From a virus (lineage: Duplodnaviria; Caudoviricetes), in IMG/VR virus record IMGVR_UViG_3300028591_000130, positions 40,761-104,760 of that record: a stretch of 64,000 nt of DNA; one strand, written 5' to 3'. Under the pieces are notes generated by a model. It did not search any database. It saw only the letters and a list, made by a program, of their open reading frames with translations, and was not told the origin of the DNA. The translations under genes were made by a program, and so were the position numbers. The first letter of the stretch is position 1, and each line of letters opens with the position of its first letter. Shown here piece after piece: positions 39,508 to 48,091 of this stretch.

Positions 39508-40701
39508 ATGACTAAAACTATTGCTGAACGTTTTCGTGACGAACTGTTACAACAAGACAACAATAACGATCAACAAGAACAGCAACAATATCAAGACTAC
39601 TTTGAACAAGCACAAGAAAGTTATAACAACTTTAATAAACAGTCTTGGAAAAAAGGACAGGGTTACGTGATGCCTGAAGGACATTTTCCGATCTTTGACA
39701 ACAAGATAGAAGGTCTTGAAAGCGGTTTGTTCTTATTTGCAGGAGAACCTAACTGCGGCAAAAGCGCCTTGGCAACGGAGTTAACCTTAAGATATGCCAG
39801 CAATCCTGTCAATAAACTCATAGGTCTGTACTTTTCTCTTGACGATACCAGTGACAAAATTATTCCGCGTCTCTTGGCAAGCCATGCGCAATTACTTGGA
39901 CAGGAATCACCGGGCATACCTATATCGGTCTTTTCCAAACCCGCACGATACCTTGAGAAGTTAAAGACATTAGACCTTGACAGTGACGAAGCTGCTGTGT
40001 ATTATTCTTATCTGTACGACGATATCACAGCAGGAGGTACGCTTATAGCAGATAACCTTAACGAAGATCCCGATACCTTCGAGACTAGCACAAGATATCG
40101 CGCTTACTCATGGTTAAAAGAGACGACGTCATATTTTCACCTTGTTGACGGTACCACTATCCGTACAGGTGAAGAGTTGATCGACTTCTGTAAAAGGTTT
40201 AAAAATTATGTGCAACTTGACACAGGTGATACTGACTACAATCTTCTTGTTTGTATTGATTCTTTTTCTGATATCTTTTGGGCAAACAGGAAATTTAGCA
40301 CAGATAAAGAACTTAATGATTATACGTCGTCTCGTATGAAAATGCTTGCCGTAGAAGAACTCAAGTGTCCTATCTTTGGCACTATCCATCTCAGAAAGGT
40401 TGATCAAAACAAGAGACCTACAATAGCTGATATCAAAGAGTCAGGAAGATGGGCTTACGAAGCAAGCCTTATATGGTTGCTGTACAATGACGTATCTCGT
40501 AGAGGTGAAGCAGCTGCTATCTACTCTGTAGAAGACGACAGCGACTTCAAACTGCCTGTTATCGAGATATTGTGGGCCAAGAACAAACAGTCGTCTTTTA
40601 AGGGAAGAACATTCTGTTACTTTAAAACAGACTTTTCAAGAGTATGGGAATGTAGTCAGGAAGCAATGGATCGTTTTTCTGCATTAATCTACAATATCTA
40701 A
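39508..40701 (+). CDS. DnaB-like (SF4) replicative helicase
   Basis: Walker A GEPNCGKS, YFSLD, Walker B IDS, HLRK..RPTIADIKESG..YEA. Confidence 0.85.
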   Translation: MTKTIAERFRDELLQQDNNNDQQEQQQYQDYFEQAQESYNNFNKQSWKKGQGYVMPEGHFPIFDNKIEGLESGLFLFAGEPNCGKSALATELTLRYASNPVNKLIGLYFSLDDTSDKIIPRLLASHAQLLGQESPGIPISVFSKPARYLEKLKTLDLDSDEAAVYYSYLYDDITAGGTLIADNLNEDPDTFETSTRYRAYSWLKETTSYFHLVDGTTIRTGEELIDFCKRFKNYVQLDTGDTDYNLLVCIDSFSDIFWANRKFSTDKELNDYTSSRMKMLAVEELKCPIFGTIHLRKVDQNKRPTIADIKESGRWAYEASLIWLLYNDVSRRGEAAAIYSVEDDSDFKLPVIEILWAKNKQSSFKGRTFCYFKTDFSRVWECSQEAMDRFSALIYNI

Positions 40702-40722
40702 AACAAGAGGAGGTTTAGCAGA

Positions 40723-41178
40723 ATGCTGACACAAGATAAAGGACTTGAAGGTTTTTCGTTGCCTATTCTCGGCACTGATTATTACGTTAGGTGCGTTAAG
40801 GCAACAGACATGCCTGACTGGTACTTCAAAGAGAACAAAGGTTACTGTGATCATACTGTTAAAACTATAACCGTAGAAGATTTGGCTACAAGAAGCAATG
40901 ACTATAACGATATTCTTGGTGATCTGGAAGAGATAACGAATCAAACTTTAAGACACGAAATTATTCACGCCTTTTTAAGAGAATCAGGATTGGGTGACGA
41001 AAGTGATATCAGTGAAGTCTTTATTGACTGGCTGGCACTTCAGGCACCCAAAATTTTTAAGACTTTCTGTCAAGCTAAAGCTTTATCTTCGGAACAGATA
41101 CGAGAATGTACTGACGCTTTTAACAGACAAAACGTAAAGGAAAGTGATATCAATGGCAATACAAGGATTACAAACTAA
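40723..41178 (+). CDS. HExxH zinc-metallopeptidase-like phage protein
   Basis: GYCD...TLRHEIIHAFLRESGL...E..DW. Confidence 0.7.
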   Translation: MLTQDKGLEGFSLPILGTDYYVRCVKATDMPDWYFKENKGYCDHTVKTITVEDLATRSNDYNDILGDLEEITNQTLRHEIIHAFLRESGLGDESDISEVFIDWLALQAPKIFKTFCQAKALSSEQIRECTDAFNRQNVKESDINGNTRITN

Positions 41179-41428
41179 CAGTCAAGCATTAATATACGGT
41201 AACAGATCAAGCTGTTGTTGGTTCTGTGCAGAAGAACGTATGCAAGCTAACAGAGAAGCAAAAAAACGTACAGGTATTAACCATGATACTGCAGCAAGAG
41301 AACTGGAAGGACAGTTTGCAACAAAACCTATGTTTAAGTTCCCTATACCCGGAGGACCTTATCTTATCTGTCTTGATCATATGAAGAAGTTCGTACACAA
41401 GATGGAAGAACTAAGCACCGTACAATAG
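41153..41428 (+). CDS. Small zinc-finger-like protein
   Basis: CWFC...ICLDH. Confidence 0.55.
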   Translation: MAIQGLQTNSQALIYGNRSSCCWFCAEERMQANREAKKRTGINHDTAARELEGQFATKPMFKFPIPGGPYLICLDHMKKFVHKMEELSTVQ

Positions 41429-41445
41429 AAAGGGAAATCATTACT

Positions 41446-41709
41446 ATGAAGGACATTGTTGAAGAGTACAATACAATTTGGTCATTACCGAAACAAAAAT
41501 ACTTAGATCTGAGAGTGGGTAGTTTCGTTAACATTAAAGTAGAAAATGCCTATATCCAAGGTACAATAACGTGTAACGGATTCCAACTTGATCAAAAGAC
41601 TTGGGAAAGTCCTTGGTGATTTAACGAGCAGAGTACACATTACCTATCAGCTGAAGTGACATTAACGTTAGACAATGTTCAAGTCAGTAAGAAAGAAGTC
41701 TTGCTATGA
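41446..41709 (+). pseudogene. 87-codon ORF interrupted by an in-frame TGA at 41617
   Basis: RBS plus ATG 41446; the frame continues past TGG-TGA to a stop overlapping the next ATG (ATGA at 41706). Confidence 0.55.
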
Positions 41710-41915
41710 AAACAAAATACGATACTCTAGGCTATCAACATTCTTGTGCTAATTATGATCCGTGCCCCTTGTGCTGGGGGTGTCGTTCTTATGATCCAAG
41801 TTATAAAAAGTGTGAAATGTGCGAAGCTGACAAGAAACGTAATGTTTGTAACAGAAAAAAACATACTCCCCAGTTGTTGGCTAAAATGATTAGGAGGACT
41901 GTACTTTATGTCTGA
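41706..41915 (+). CDS. Small Cys-rich protein
   Basis: 69 aa with 7 Cys (CPLCWGC, CEMC). Confidence 0.65.
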   Translation: MKTKYDTLGYQHSCANYDPCPLCWGCRSYDPSYKKCEMCEADKKRNVCNRKKHTPQLLAKMIRRTVLYV

Positions 41916-42363
41916 TATCAAGCAAGAAACTATAGATCGTTATCTTTCAACAATAACTACTTCTGCACTTGCTAAGTTTGCTCAAGAAGCTGTAACAAAA
42001 TACGGTACAGAAGAAAAGTTGCAAGAAGCAAACAAGGTAATCAGTGTATTAAAAGCACTATACACAAAAAAGGGTATTATTCGTCCTAACTGTGATCCTT
42101 ATTTCATTGAGCTAATGGAAACCGCAGCCTTTGTTCACAATCTATTCTATGACGGTACTTGGATCTCTTGTTTTAGGGCAAGGGAAAAACTTGCTGATCT
42201 TGCAAAACAATGTGATATCAAAGGTGAGCACGTAGAACATATTTTTAGTATAGTAGAAGGACAACTTGGTGTTGATATGCCTGTAGTCAGTGCACGTCCT
42301 AATCCTAATACACCGGTAGAAGATTTTGCTCTTTGCTGTTGGATAGTTAAGGTACTCTTATGA
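41908..42363 (+). CDS. HD-domain-like helical protein (degenerate)
   Basis: LMETAAFVHNL resembles the aAllHD motif with D>N. Confidence 0.4.
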   Translation: MSDIKQETIDRYLSTITTSALAKFAQEAVTKYGTEEKLQEANKVISVLKALYTKKGIIRPNCDPYFIELMETAAFVHNLFYDGTWISCFRAREKLADLAKQCDIKGEHVEHIFSIVEGQLGVDMPVVSARPNPNTPVEDFALCCWIVKVLL

Positions 42364-43130
42364 GCAAGGTTATAACTCTATCAGAAGATCAGATATGGTC
42401 TTACAGTAACTGTCCTGTACAGTTCGAAATGGCACAAAGAGGAGTCATACCTATAGTACCGAGAACTTTCAAAAGCTGTATCAACAAGGTTAGCAAAATG
42501 TTCTTCACTAATCTTATGGAAGGTACAGTTCTTGATATGCAAACTTTGAAGCTTGAATGGGATAAGGTCTGGGCGGCTAACTCTGACCTTATCAATCAGA
42601 GAAAAGGACTGCAAGGCTACGCAGCTCTTAACTCTTTATACAAGTGGGCTGAAAGTGTACAACTTCGGATATTAGATATTATGATTCCTTACGCACTATT
42701 GTTTTATGGTAAGGATAACTTGGTGTTTGATATCAGAGGACAGATACCTTGTGTATCGATTAACCAAGCTAATCAACCTGCAGTTCTTATTATGGACTAT
42801 AACGATAAACACACTGATCAGGTTAGAACCGATATGAACCTAAGGTATTCCCTTGCTTGTTTTGCACTGAAACAACAAACAGGACGCAATATAGGCATTC
42901 ACGTTAGGAATACAAAACATTGTACCGATACCTTTTCTTACAGGGCAGAATCTGATTATGAAAGACTAAAAACGACTATTACAAATATAGGTTACTGTAT
43001 AGCTAACAAAATCTTCTATCCAAGAGAAGGTCCTGTTTGTACGTCATGCAGCGTTATGGGTGCCTGTCGATCTTGGACTCACGCAGTTGAAGGGAGGAAT
43101 AAGCCATGGTTGAAATCAAAGAATATATAG
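42360..43130 (+). CDS. RecB/AddB/Cas4-like PD-(D/E)XK-fold protein, active site degenerate
   Basis: LS..QI..Y..CP N-terminus, RGQI, IMDY, C-terminal PREGPVCTSCSVMGAC. Confidence 0.7.
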   Translation: MSKVITLSEDQIWSYSNCPVQFEMAQRGVIPIVPRTFKSCINKVSKMFFTNLMEGTVLDMQTLKLEWDKVWAANSDLINQRKGLQGYAALNSLYKWAESVQLRILDIMIPYALLFYGKDNLVFDIRGQIPCVSINQANQPAVLIMDYNDKHTDQVRTDMNLRYSLACFALKQQTGRNIGIHVRNTKHCTDTFSYRAESDYERLKTTITNIGYCIANKIFYPREGPVCTSCSVMGACRSWTHAVEGRNKPWLKSKNI

Positions 43131-43249
43131 GACACAAACCTGTTGAGATAAAGACAAACGTTAATAAGAAGAAAAAGAATACTGTTAAGAAAGATACCAA
43201 GAAGGAAGACAAAGACAATGGCGTACAAGAAAACGACAAAAAGCAGTAA
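43106..43249 (+). CDS. Small Lys-rich protein (47 aa, not in the ORF track)
   Basis: GGGAGG RBS; MVEIKEYIGHKPVEIKTNVNKKKK...; bridges two flanking genes. Confidence 0.55.
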   Translation: MVEIKEYIGHKPVEIKTNVNKKKKNTVKKDTKKEDKDNGVQENDKKQ

Positions 43250-43778
43250 GACAAGCAAAGGATACGAGATAGACGGAATAACGTACAAGTCAAAGGTTCT
43301 TGCAGAATATCACAAGGAACTGAAGAACAACAAGTATGTTAAGACCTTTCACTTACCTGAAATGTCTGAGGATAAGAAGGCGCGAAATGGTAAGTATAAC
43401 TCTTACAAGGTTAGCATTAATGATATCACATTTGACTCGATTATGGAGTCAAAATTTTATCTTCTGTTATTAACAATGCAAGCTGACAAAGAAGTTATCG
43501 GTTTTGAGAACCAAGTTACCTTCGAATTACAGCCTAAATTTAAGGACAAGAATACGGGGAAAAGTGTAAGGGCGATAACCTACATAGCTGATTTCGTAGT
43601 TACAATGTCTGACAAAAGAGTTATTGCAGTAGACGTTAAAGGAAAAGAGACAGACGTATTTAAGATTAAAAGAAAGATGTTTCAGTACAGATATCCTGAT
43701 ATCGAACTTGTCTGTATGAGACTTGTCAGTAAAACTAACCTATGGTTAACGGTAGAAGAGATCAAGAAAGGTAAGTAA
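43218..43778 (+). CDS. DUF1064-like PD-(D/E)XK endonuclease
   Basis: ITFDS..E..FY, QVTFELQPKF, YIADF, VDVKG.ET.VFKIK.KMF..RYP. Confidence 0.85.
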   Translation: MAYKKTTKSSKTSKGYEIDGITYKSKVLAEYHKELKNNKYVKTFHLPEMSEDKKARNGKYNSYKVSINDITFDSIMESKFYLLLLTMQADKEVIGFENQVTFELQPKFKDKNTGKSVRAITYIADFVVTMSDKRVIAVDVKGKETDVFKIKRKMFQYRYPDIELVCMRLVSKTNLWLTVEEIKKGK

Positions 43779-43784
43779 TCAAAG

Positions 43785-44678
43785 ATGAAAAACACCGTAC
43801 AAACCCCTGGTACGGTAGAAGAAAAAAAATACTATTATAAGAATATAAATGAGTGGCAAGAAGTAGAAGACCTTGTAATGCAATATCAAAAACAGTTTAC
43901 GGACCCTTCAGCTAAGGAACAATCAGACCTTGCAATGATGTCACTATTAGACAAGTTTTATCCTTTGTTTAAGAAATACCTTATCCTTCTAAAAAGTGCC
44001 CAGATTAACTTCGACGACGTCGAAATGAAACGTTTCATTCTTAACTTTATCGGAGATCCAAAGTTAAAACAAGCACTAAAACGTAACCAACAAAGTGCAA
44101 CAGTAAGGGCACCCATTTACTATCGTTTTAACTTTATCAGAGAAACTTATGGGTCTTTGCCTGAAGCAGAGATTATGAATGACCTGCAGTTTGCCTTTAT
44201 GGTTATGGCACAAAGATATCGACAACTTGGTCGTAACTTTACGGGATACATTTATAACGCTTACTGTTACGAGGTTGCGAGAAACATAAAGAAGTTCATT
44301 GATAATCCTGCCAATATCCATTATCGCAATATCGAGTATGAAGAGTACATGCAAAAGTACAGTTCTGAGTTTGTAACAGAGACTAATCCTTTTGAAGGCA
44401 GCTTGTGTGAAAATGAAATGGGTATTCCTGACACAAGCTGGATTATAGGATTAGGTTGTTCTCGGTTATTTGAAAGACTTACTCCCCTTGAAAGGAAGAT
44501 TATTGTCAAGTATTACCTTGAAGACTGGAACGACAGACAAGTAGCAGAAAGATTTGGCTTGCACATTAACTTCGTTAACGCGAGAAGGCGTTCTGCAACG
44601 GAAACCCTGGCAGGTATTTTAGCCTTAGATAAGTCTAACATAAAAAGGAATCGTAAAGGAAACAACAAAAAGACATAA
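43785..44678 (+). CDS. Phage RNA polymerase sigma-factor-like protein
   Basis: Region-2-like NFTGYIY; region-4 HTH LTPLERKIIVKYYLEDWNDRQVAERFG. Confidence 0.75.
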   Translation: MKNTVQTPGTVEEKKYYYKNINEWQEVEDLVMQYQKQFTDPSAKEQSDLAMMSLLDKFYPLFKKYLILLKSAQINFDDVEMKRFILNFIGDPKLKQALKRNQQSATVRAPIYYRFNFIRETYGSLPEAEIMNDLQFAFMVMAQRYRQLGRNFTGYIYNAYCYEVARNIKKFIDNPANIHYRNIEYEEYMQKYSSEFVTETNPFEGSLCENEMGIPDTSWIIGLGCSRLFERLTPLERKIIVKYYLEDWNDRQVAERFGLHINFVNARRRSATETLAGILALDKSNIKRNRKGNNKKT

Positions 44679-44700
44679 CAAGTTTAACAAAATTGTGTCC

Positions 44701-44727
44701 CTCCTTGAAAAAGTCAAGGAGTTTTTT
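44701..44727 (+). terminator. Rho-independent terminator
   Basis: CTCCTTGA-AAAAG-TCAAGGAG-TTTTTT. Confidence 0.8.
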
Positions 44728-44728
44728 A

Positions 44729-44757
44729 TTGCCAAACTTGCTGTCTTATGGTATAAT
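44729..44757 (+). promoter_or_regulatory. SigA-type promoter with extended -10
   Basis: TTGCCA-17 nt-TATAAT with TGn; upstream of the recJ RBS. Confidence 0.8.
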
Positions 44758-44783
44758 AAAGGCTAACAAAGGAGGACGTTGCG

Positions 44784-46463
44784 GTGAAATGGATCATAAA
44801 AGACAGAGAATACTTTAAACCTTACTTACAAATTGTACAAAACGAGTACAAGAAGATAGGCATAGGTAATGTTATGGCAAAGGTACTGTTAAACAGGGGA
44901 TACAAGTACGAAGATATTAAAAGAATTATAACAGACCCTGCTAACTGTCTTGACTACCCGGACGAGATATATGGGTGCAATGAAGTATCTGCTGCCATTA
45001 TTAAAGCTGTTAACGAAGGCAAGAAAGTAATTGTGTTTGCTGACTATGACGTTGACGGTTTAACAGCGGGATACATTATGTGTAACTATCTGAAAACACT
45101 TGGCACTGATGTCTCTGTTTACTATCCTGAGAGACACGAAGGCTACGGTCTCAGCTTATCGTTCTTACAGAAACTTAAAGGCGACGAAGTTATAGTAACG
45201 GTAGACAACGGCATAGGCGCCCTGCCTGCTATCAGGTATTGTAAAGATCATAACATTACCTTGATCATAACGGATCACCACCAACCTAAGGAAGAGATAA
45301 AAGACATTCCTGTCTGTGATCCCTGGTATGATCCTAACGGTAAAGGACACCACTTGTGTGGTGCTGCTGTAGCCTGGAAGGTCTGTATGAATATAGATGA
45401 CATTTTAGGGAAGGAAGAAGCTTGGAAGCTTGTGCCTTATGCTGCCATAGGTACAGTAGCTGACGTTATGCCTATGACGCTGGAGAATATGGTTATTGTA
45501 AGAACAGGCTTACAGATGATCGAACAAGGATTTGTACCCAATATCCAAAAATTCTTTATAGCTGAAGGGATATCACAACCTACAACAGTTGACATTGCCT
45601 GGAAACTTGCGCCTAAGCTTAACGCCGCAGGACGTATGGGCAAGGTTAAACTTGCGTCAGATTTTCTGTTTTATGAAGGTGATACGGCAGGTCTTGAGAG
45701 AAGGATAATAGATATTGACAGTATTAATAGAGACAGGAAGGCGTTATCAAAGCAAGCTGAAAGTATAGCTCTGGCACAAAACTATGACTTTAATGCCTTC
45801 TGCTTATTTGACGCTACTGACTATCCTGCAGGGATATCAGGCTTGATAGCTAACAAACTTGTTGAGGTATTTAACAAACCCGCTATTGTTTACACAAGGA
45901 CTAACAGTACTACTTGGCCTGCAAGTATGAGATCTAACGGGTTTGATATGCTTCCTTATCTTGAAAGACTAAAACAACAAAGTATAATCTATGACTATGG
46001 CGGGCACAAGCAAGCTTGCGGTATATCCTTATTTCCTGATCTTGAAACATTTCAGACAAAGCTCAACGGTTATATCAGGATACCTTTGTCAGAGTTTAAA
46101 CAAGAAGAACAAGTAGTTGAAGTTGACAAAGAGATATCGTTGGCTGACGTTAACAACAAGCTTATGTCTGATATCGCTATGATACCGTCAGATAATAACT
46201 TGTTTCCTGAACCGGTATTTATCGTTAAAGGGTTAACCGTTGTTGATATCGAACATTCAAAGAATAATCCTAACAATATTAAATTGCACCTTGTTGACAG
46301 AGACAAAAACCTTTACAAACTTTGGGCTTGGAACAAGGATAAGACATACAAGGCTATAGGAAGTCCAAAGTATGTCGATATCATAGGTAAGGTTACAAGG
46401 GGCTTTGGTAACGAAGCCGGGAGTGCAGTATTTAACGTGGAGGACATAAGATGCGCGATTTAA
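44784..46463 (+). CDS. recJ: ssDNA-specific exonuclease RecJ
   Basis: DYDVDG, TVDNG, TDHH, GTVADV, PKLNAAGR, GGH motifs. Confidence 0.93.
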   Translation: MKWIIKDREYFKPYLQIVQNEYKKIGIGNVMAKVLLNRGYKYEDIKRIITDPANCLDYPDEIYGCNEVSAAIIKAVNEGKKVIVFADYDVDGLTAGYIMCNYLKTLGTDVSVYYPERHEGYGLSLSFLQKLKGDEVIVTVDNGIGALPAIRYCKDHNITLIITDHHQPKEEIKDIPVCDPWYDPNGKGHHLCGAAVAWKVCMNIDDILGKEEAWKLVPYAAIGTVADVMPMTLENMVIVRTGLQMIEQGFVPNIQKFFIAEGISQPTTVDIAWKLAPKLNAAGRMGKVKLASDFLFYEGDTAGLERRIIDIDSINRDRKALSKQAESIALAQNYDFNAFCLFDATDYPAGISGLIANKLVEVFNKPAIVYTRTNSTTWPASMRSNGFDMLPYLERLKQQSIIYDYGGHKQACGISLFPDLETFQTKLNGYIRIPLSEFKQEEQVVEVDKEISLADVNNKLMSDIAMIPSDNNLFPEPVFIVKGLTVVDIEHSKNNPNNIKLHLVDRDKNLYKLWAWNKDKTYKAIGSPKYVDIIGKVTRGFGNEAGSAVFNVEDIRCAI

Positions 46464-46744
46464 CAGAAGGTAGCAATAAGGTAAGAGAAAGACACCTTAA
46501 GAAAGGCGAACATTACGAACTTTGGTTTGCAGATAATACTTTAATACCGTTTAAAGTTAGTATGGTGAAAAACGGGATACAGCGGTATGAAAGACAAGGT
46601 AATCTTGCAGCCATTTGTAACCTTGCAGCAAAAGGTATGAACAAGGCTTTCTTTATGCATACCGTTCAACAGTTTTTGTACGAAGGTATCGAACTTGCAG
46701 AAAACCTGTGGGATAAGAAGATTTACCTTATTGACCATACTTAA
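46451..46744 (+). CDS. Hypothetical protein
   Basis: 97 aa, GGAGG RBS. Confidence 0.65.
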   Translation: MRDLTEGSNKVRERHLKKGEHYELWFADNTLIPFKVSMVKNGIQRYERQGNLAAICNLAAKGMNKAFFMHTVQQFLYEGIELAENLWDKKIYLIDHT

Positions 46745-46760
46745 AAAGGGAGTGAGAGTT

Positions 46761-47126
46761 ATGACCGATATTGTTCTCGTAAGTAACAGAAACAAAGAAA
46801 AGACACTTGGTGATATCGACAGGTATTGCTTTACTTACGAACTTGGCAGTGAAGGCCTTATTTTAACAGTTAAGGAAAAAGGCCTTATTTTGACAGCTAA
46901 GGAAAAGCTGTCGTGTACTATTACCGCTATAGGTAATGACGACAAAACAATCGTTTTTAATGACGACCAAGAGACTATGATAGGCACTCTAGAATATCCG
47001 GGTGATATCAGGATCTTACATATGGGGACAGGAGTAGCGCTGTCTAACAATATATTAGAGTACAGGCTCCCGTTGACTAACAATATTTACACTATCGTAG
47101 AAGGGCCTCCAAATGAACAAGCCTAA
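46761..47126 (+). CDS. Hypothetical protein
   Basis: ATG 46761 after GGGAG; contains a 27-bp tandem duplication (GLILTVKEK/GLILTAKEK). Confidence 0.6.
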   Translation: MTDIVLVSNRNKEKTLGDIDRYCFTYELGSEGLILTVKEKGLILTAKEKLSCTITAIGNDDKTIVFNDDQETMIGTLEYPGDIRILHMGTGVALSNNILEYRLPLTNNIYTIVEGPPNEQA

Positions 47127-47310
47127 CAGATGGTCAAGACTGCAGAGAGTTCACGCTGTCTGTGATATCTGCAAGTACAAAAATAACTGTAGCGTTTGGT
47201 GCTTTGGTGATCTCTTTGAACAAAGTACAGGACAGATTGTTAAACAAAGTTTGATATCAAAAGTTATAGCTTGGATTAAGGGGGATACTAACGTTAAAGA
47301 TAAAAACTGA
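47113..47310 (+). CDS. Small Cys-containing hypothetical protein
   Basis: CDICKY..NC..WC. Confidence 0.5.
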   Translation: MNKPNRWSRLQRVHAVCDICKYKNNCSVWCFGDLFEQSTGQIVKQSLISKVIAWIKGDTNVKDKN

Positions 47311-47423
47311 AGATAAAATAGAAACTGTAACTAATGGGTGGAAGACAGTAGAAATTACAGAAGAAGTAAAGACAGTGAAGCACTATGTAAGGCTATAACG
47401 ACTGTTTGGAGGTAGACTAAAGA

Positions 47424-48071
47424 ATGGCAGGAAAACTGATAGTGTTAGAAGGCATTGATAGGTCAGGTAAAGAGACACAAGCAAAGATTTTGTATGACAG
47501 ACTTATAAAAGAAGGCTTTTGGACCAAACTGGTAAGCTTCCCTAACTATGGTTCAGAGTCTTCTCTTCTTTTACGGAAGTATCTTAATGGTGACTTTGGA
47601 CAGAAACCTGAGACAGTTAGTCCTTACGCCGTAGCTATGTTTTACGCGCTTGACAGGTTTTTAAGTTTAGACAGTTGGTATTCCTTCTATCAACAAGGTG
47701 GTGTTGTTGTCTGTGATCGTTACGTCAGTTCTAACGTAGCATATCAAGCTTCCAAGATTGTAAAGAAGACAGAGAGAAACAGTTTTCTTGATTGGGTGAC
47801 GTCACTTGAGTACACAAAGCTTGGTGCACCGCAGGCGTCGCTAACCTTGTTTCTTGACGTGTCACCTTCGCTGTCTTTAAAAATGGGACAAAGAGACAGT
47901 TCTGATATTCACGAGGAGAACATTCATTATCTTGAAAAGGTCTACAACGTTTATAAAAGAATGGCAGGCAAGCGTTCTTGGGCTACTATTTACTGTACTT
48001 ACGGTACCAGCATAAGACCTATTGCTGATATTAGCAATGATATCTGGCACTTGGTAGAACCGATCTTGTAA
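47424..48071 (+). CDS. tmk: Thymidylate kinase
   Basis: LEGIDRSGKETQ P-loop, FPNY, CDRYVSSN.AYQ, DIHE. Confidence 0.92.
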   Translation: MAGKLIVLEGIDRSGKETQAKILYDRLIKEGFWTKLVSFPNYGSESSLLLRKYLNGDFGQKPETVSPYAVAMFYALDRFLSLDSWYSFYQQGGVVVCDRYVSSNVAYQASKIVKKTERNSFLDWVTSLEYTKLGAPQASLTLFLDVSPSLSLKMGQRDSSDIHEENIHYLEKVYNVYKRMAGKRSWATIYCTYGTSIRPIADISNDIWHLVEPIL

Positions 48072-48091
48072 AAGGATGGTGACGCGTTTTT

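Noticed and set aside
46852-46906. 27-bp tandem duplication
   Set aside because: Simple in-frame two-copy duplication with no sign of a wider system
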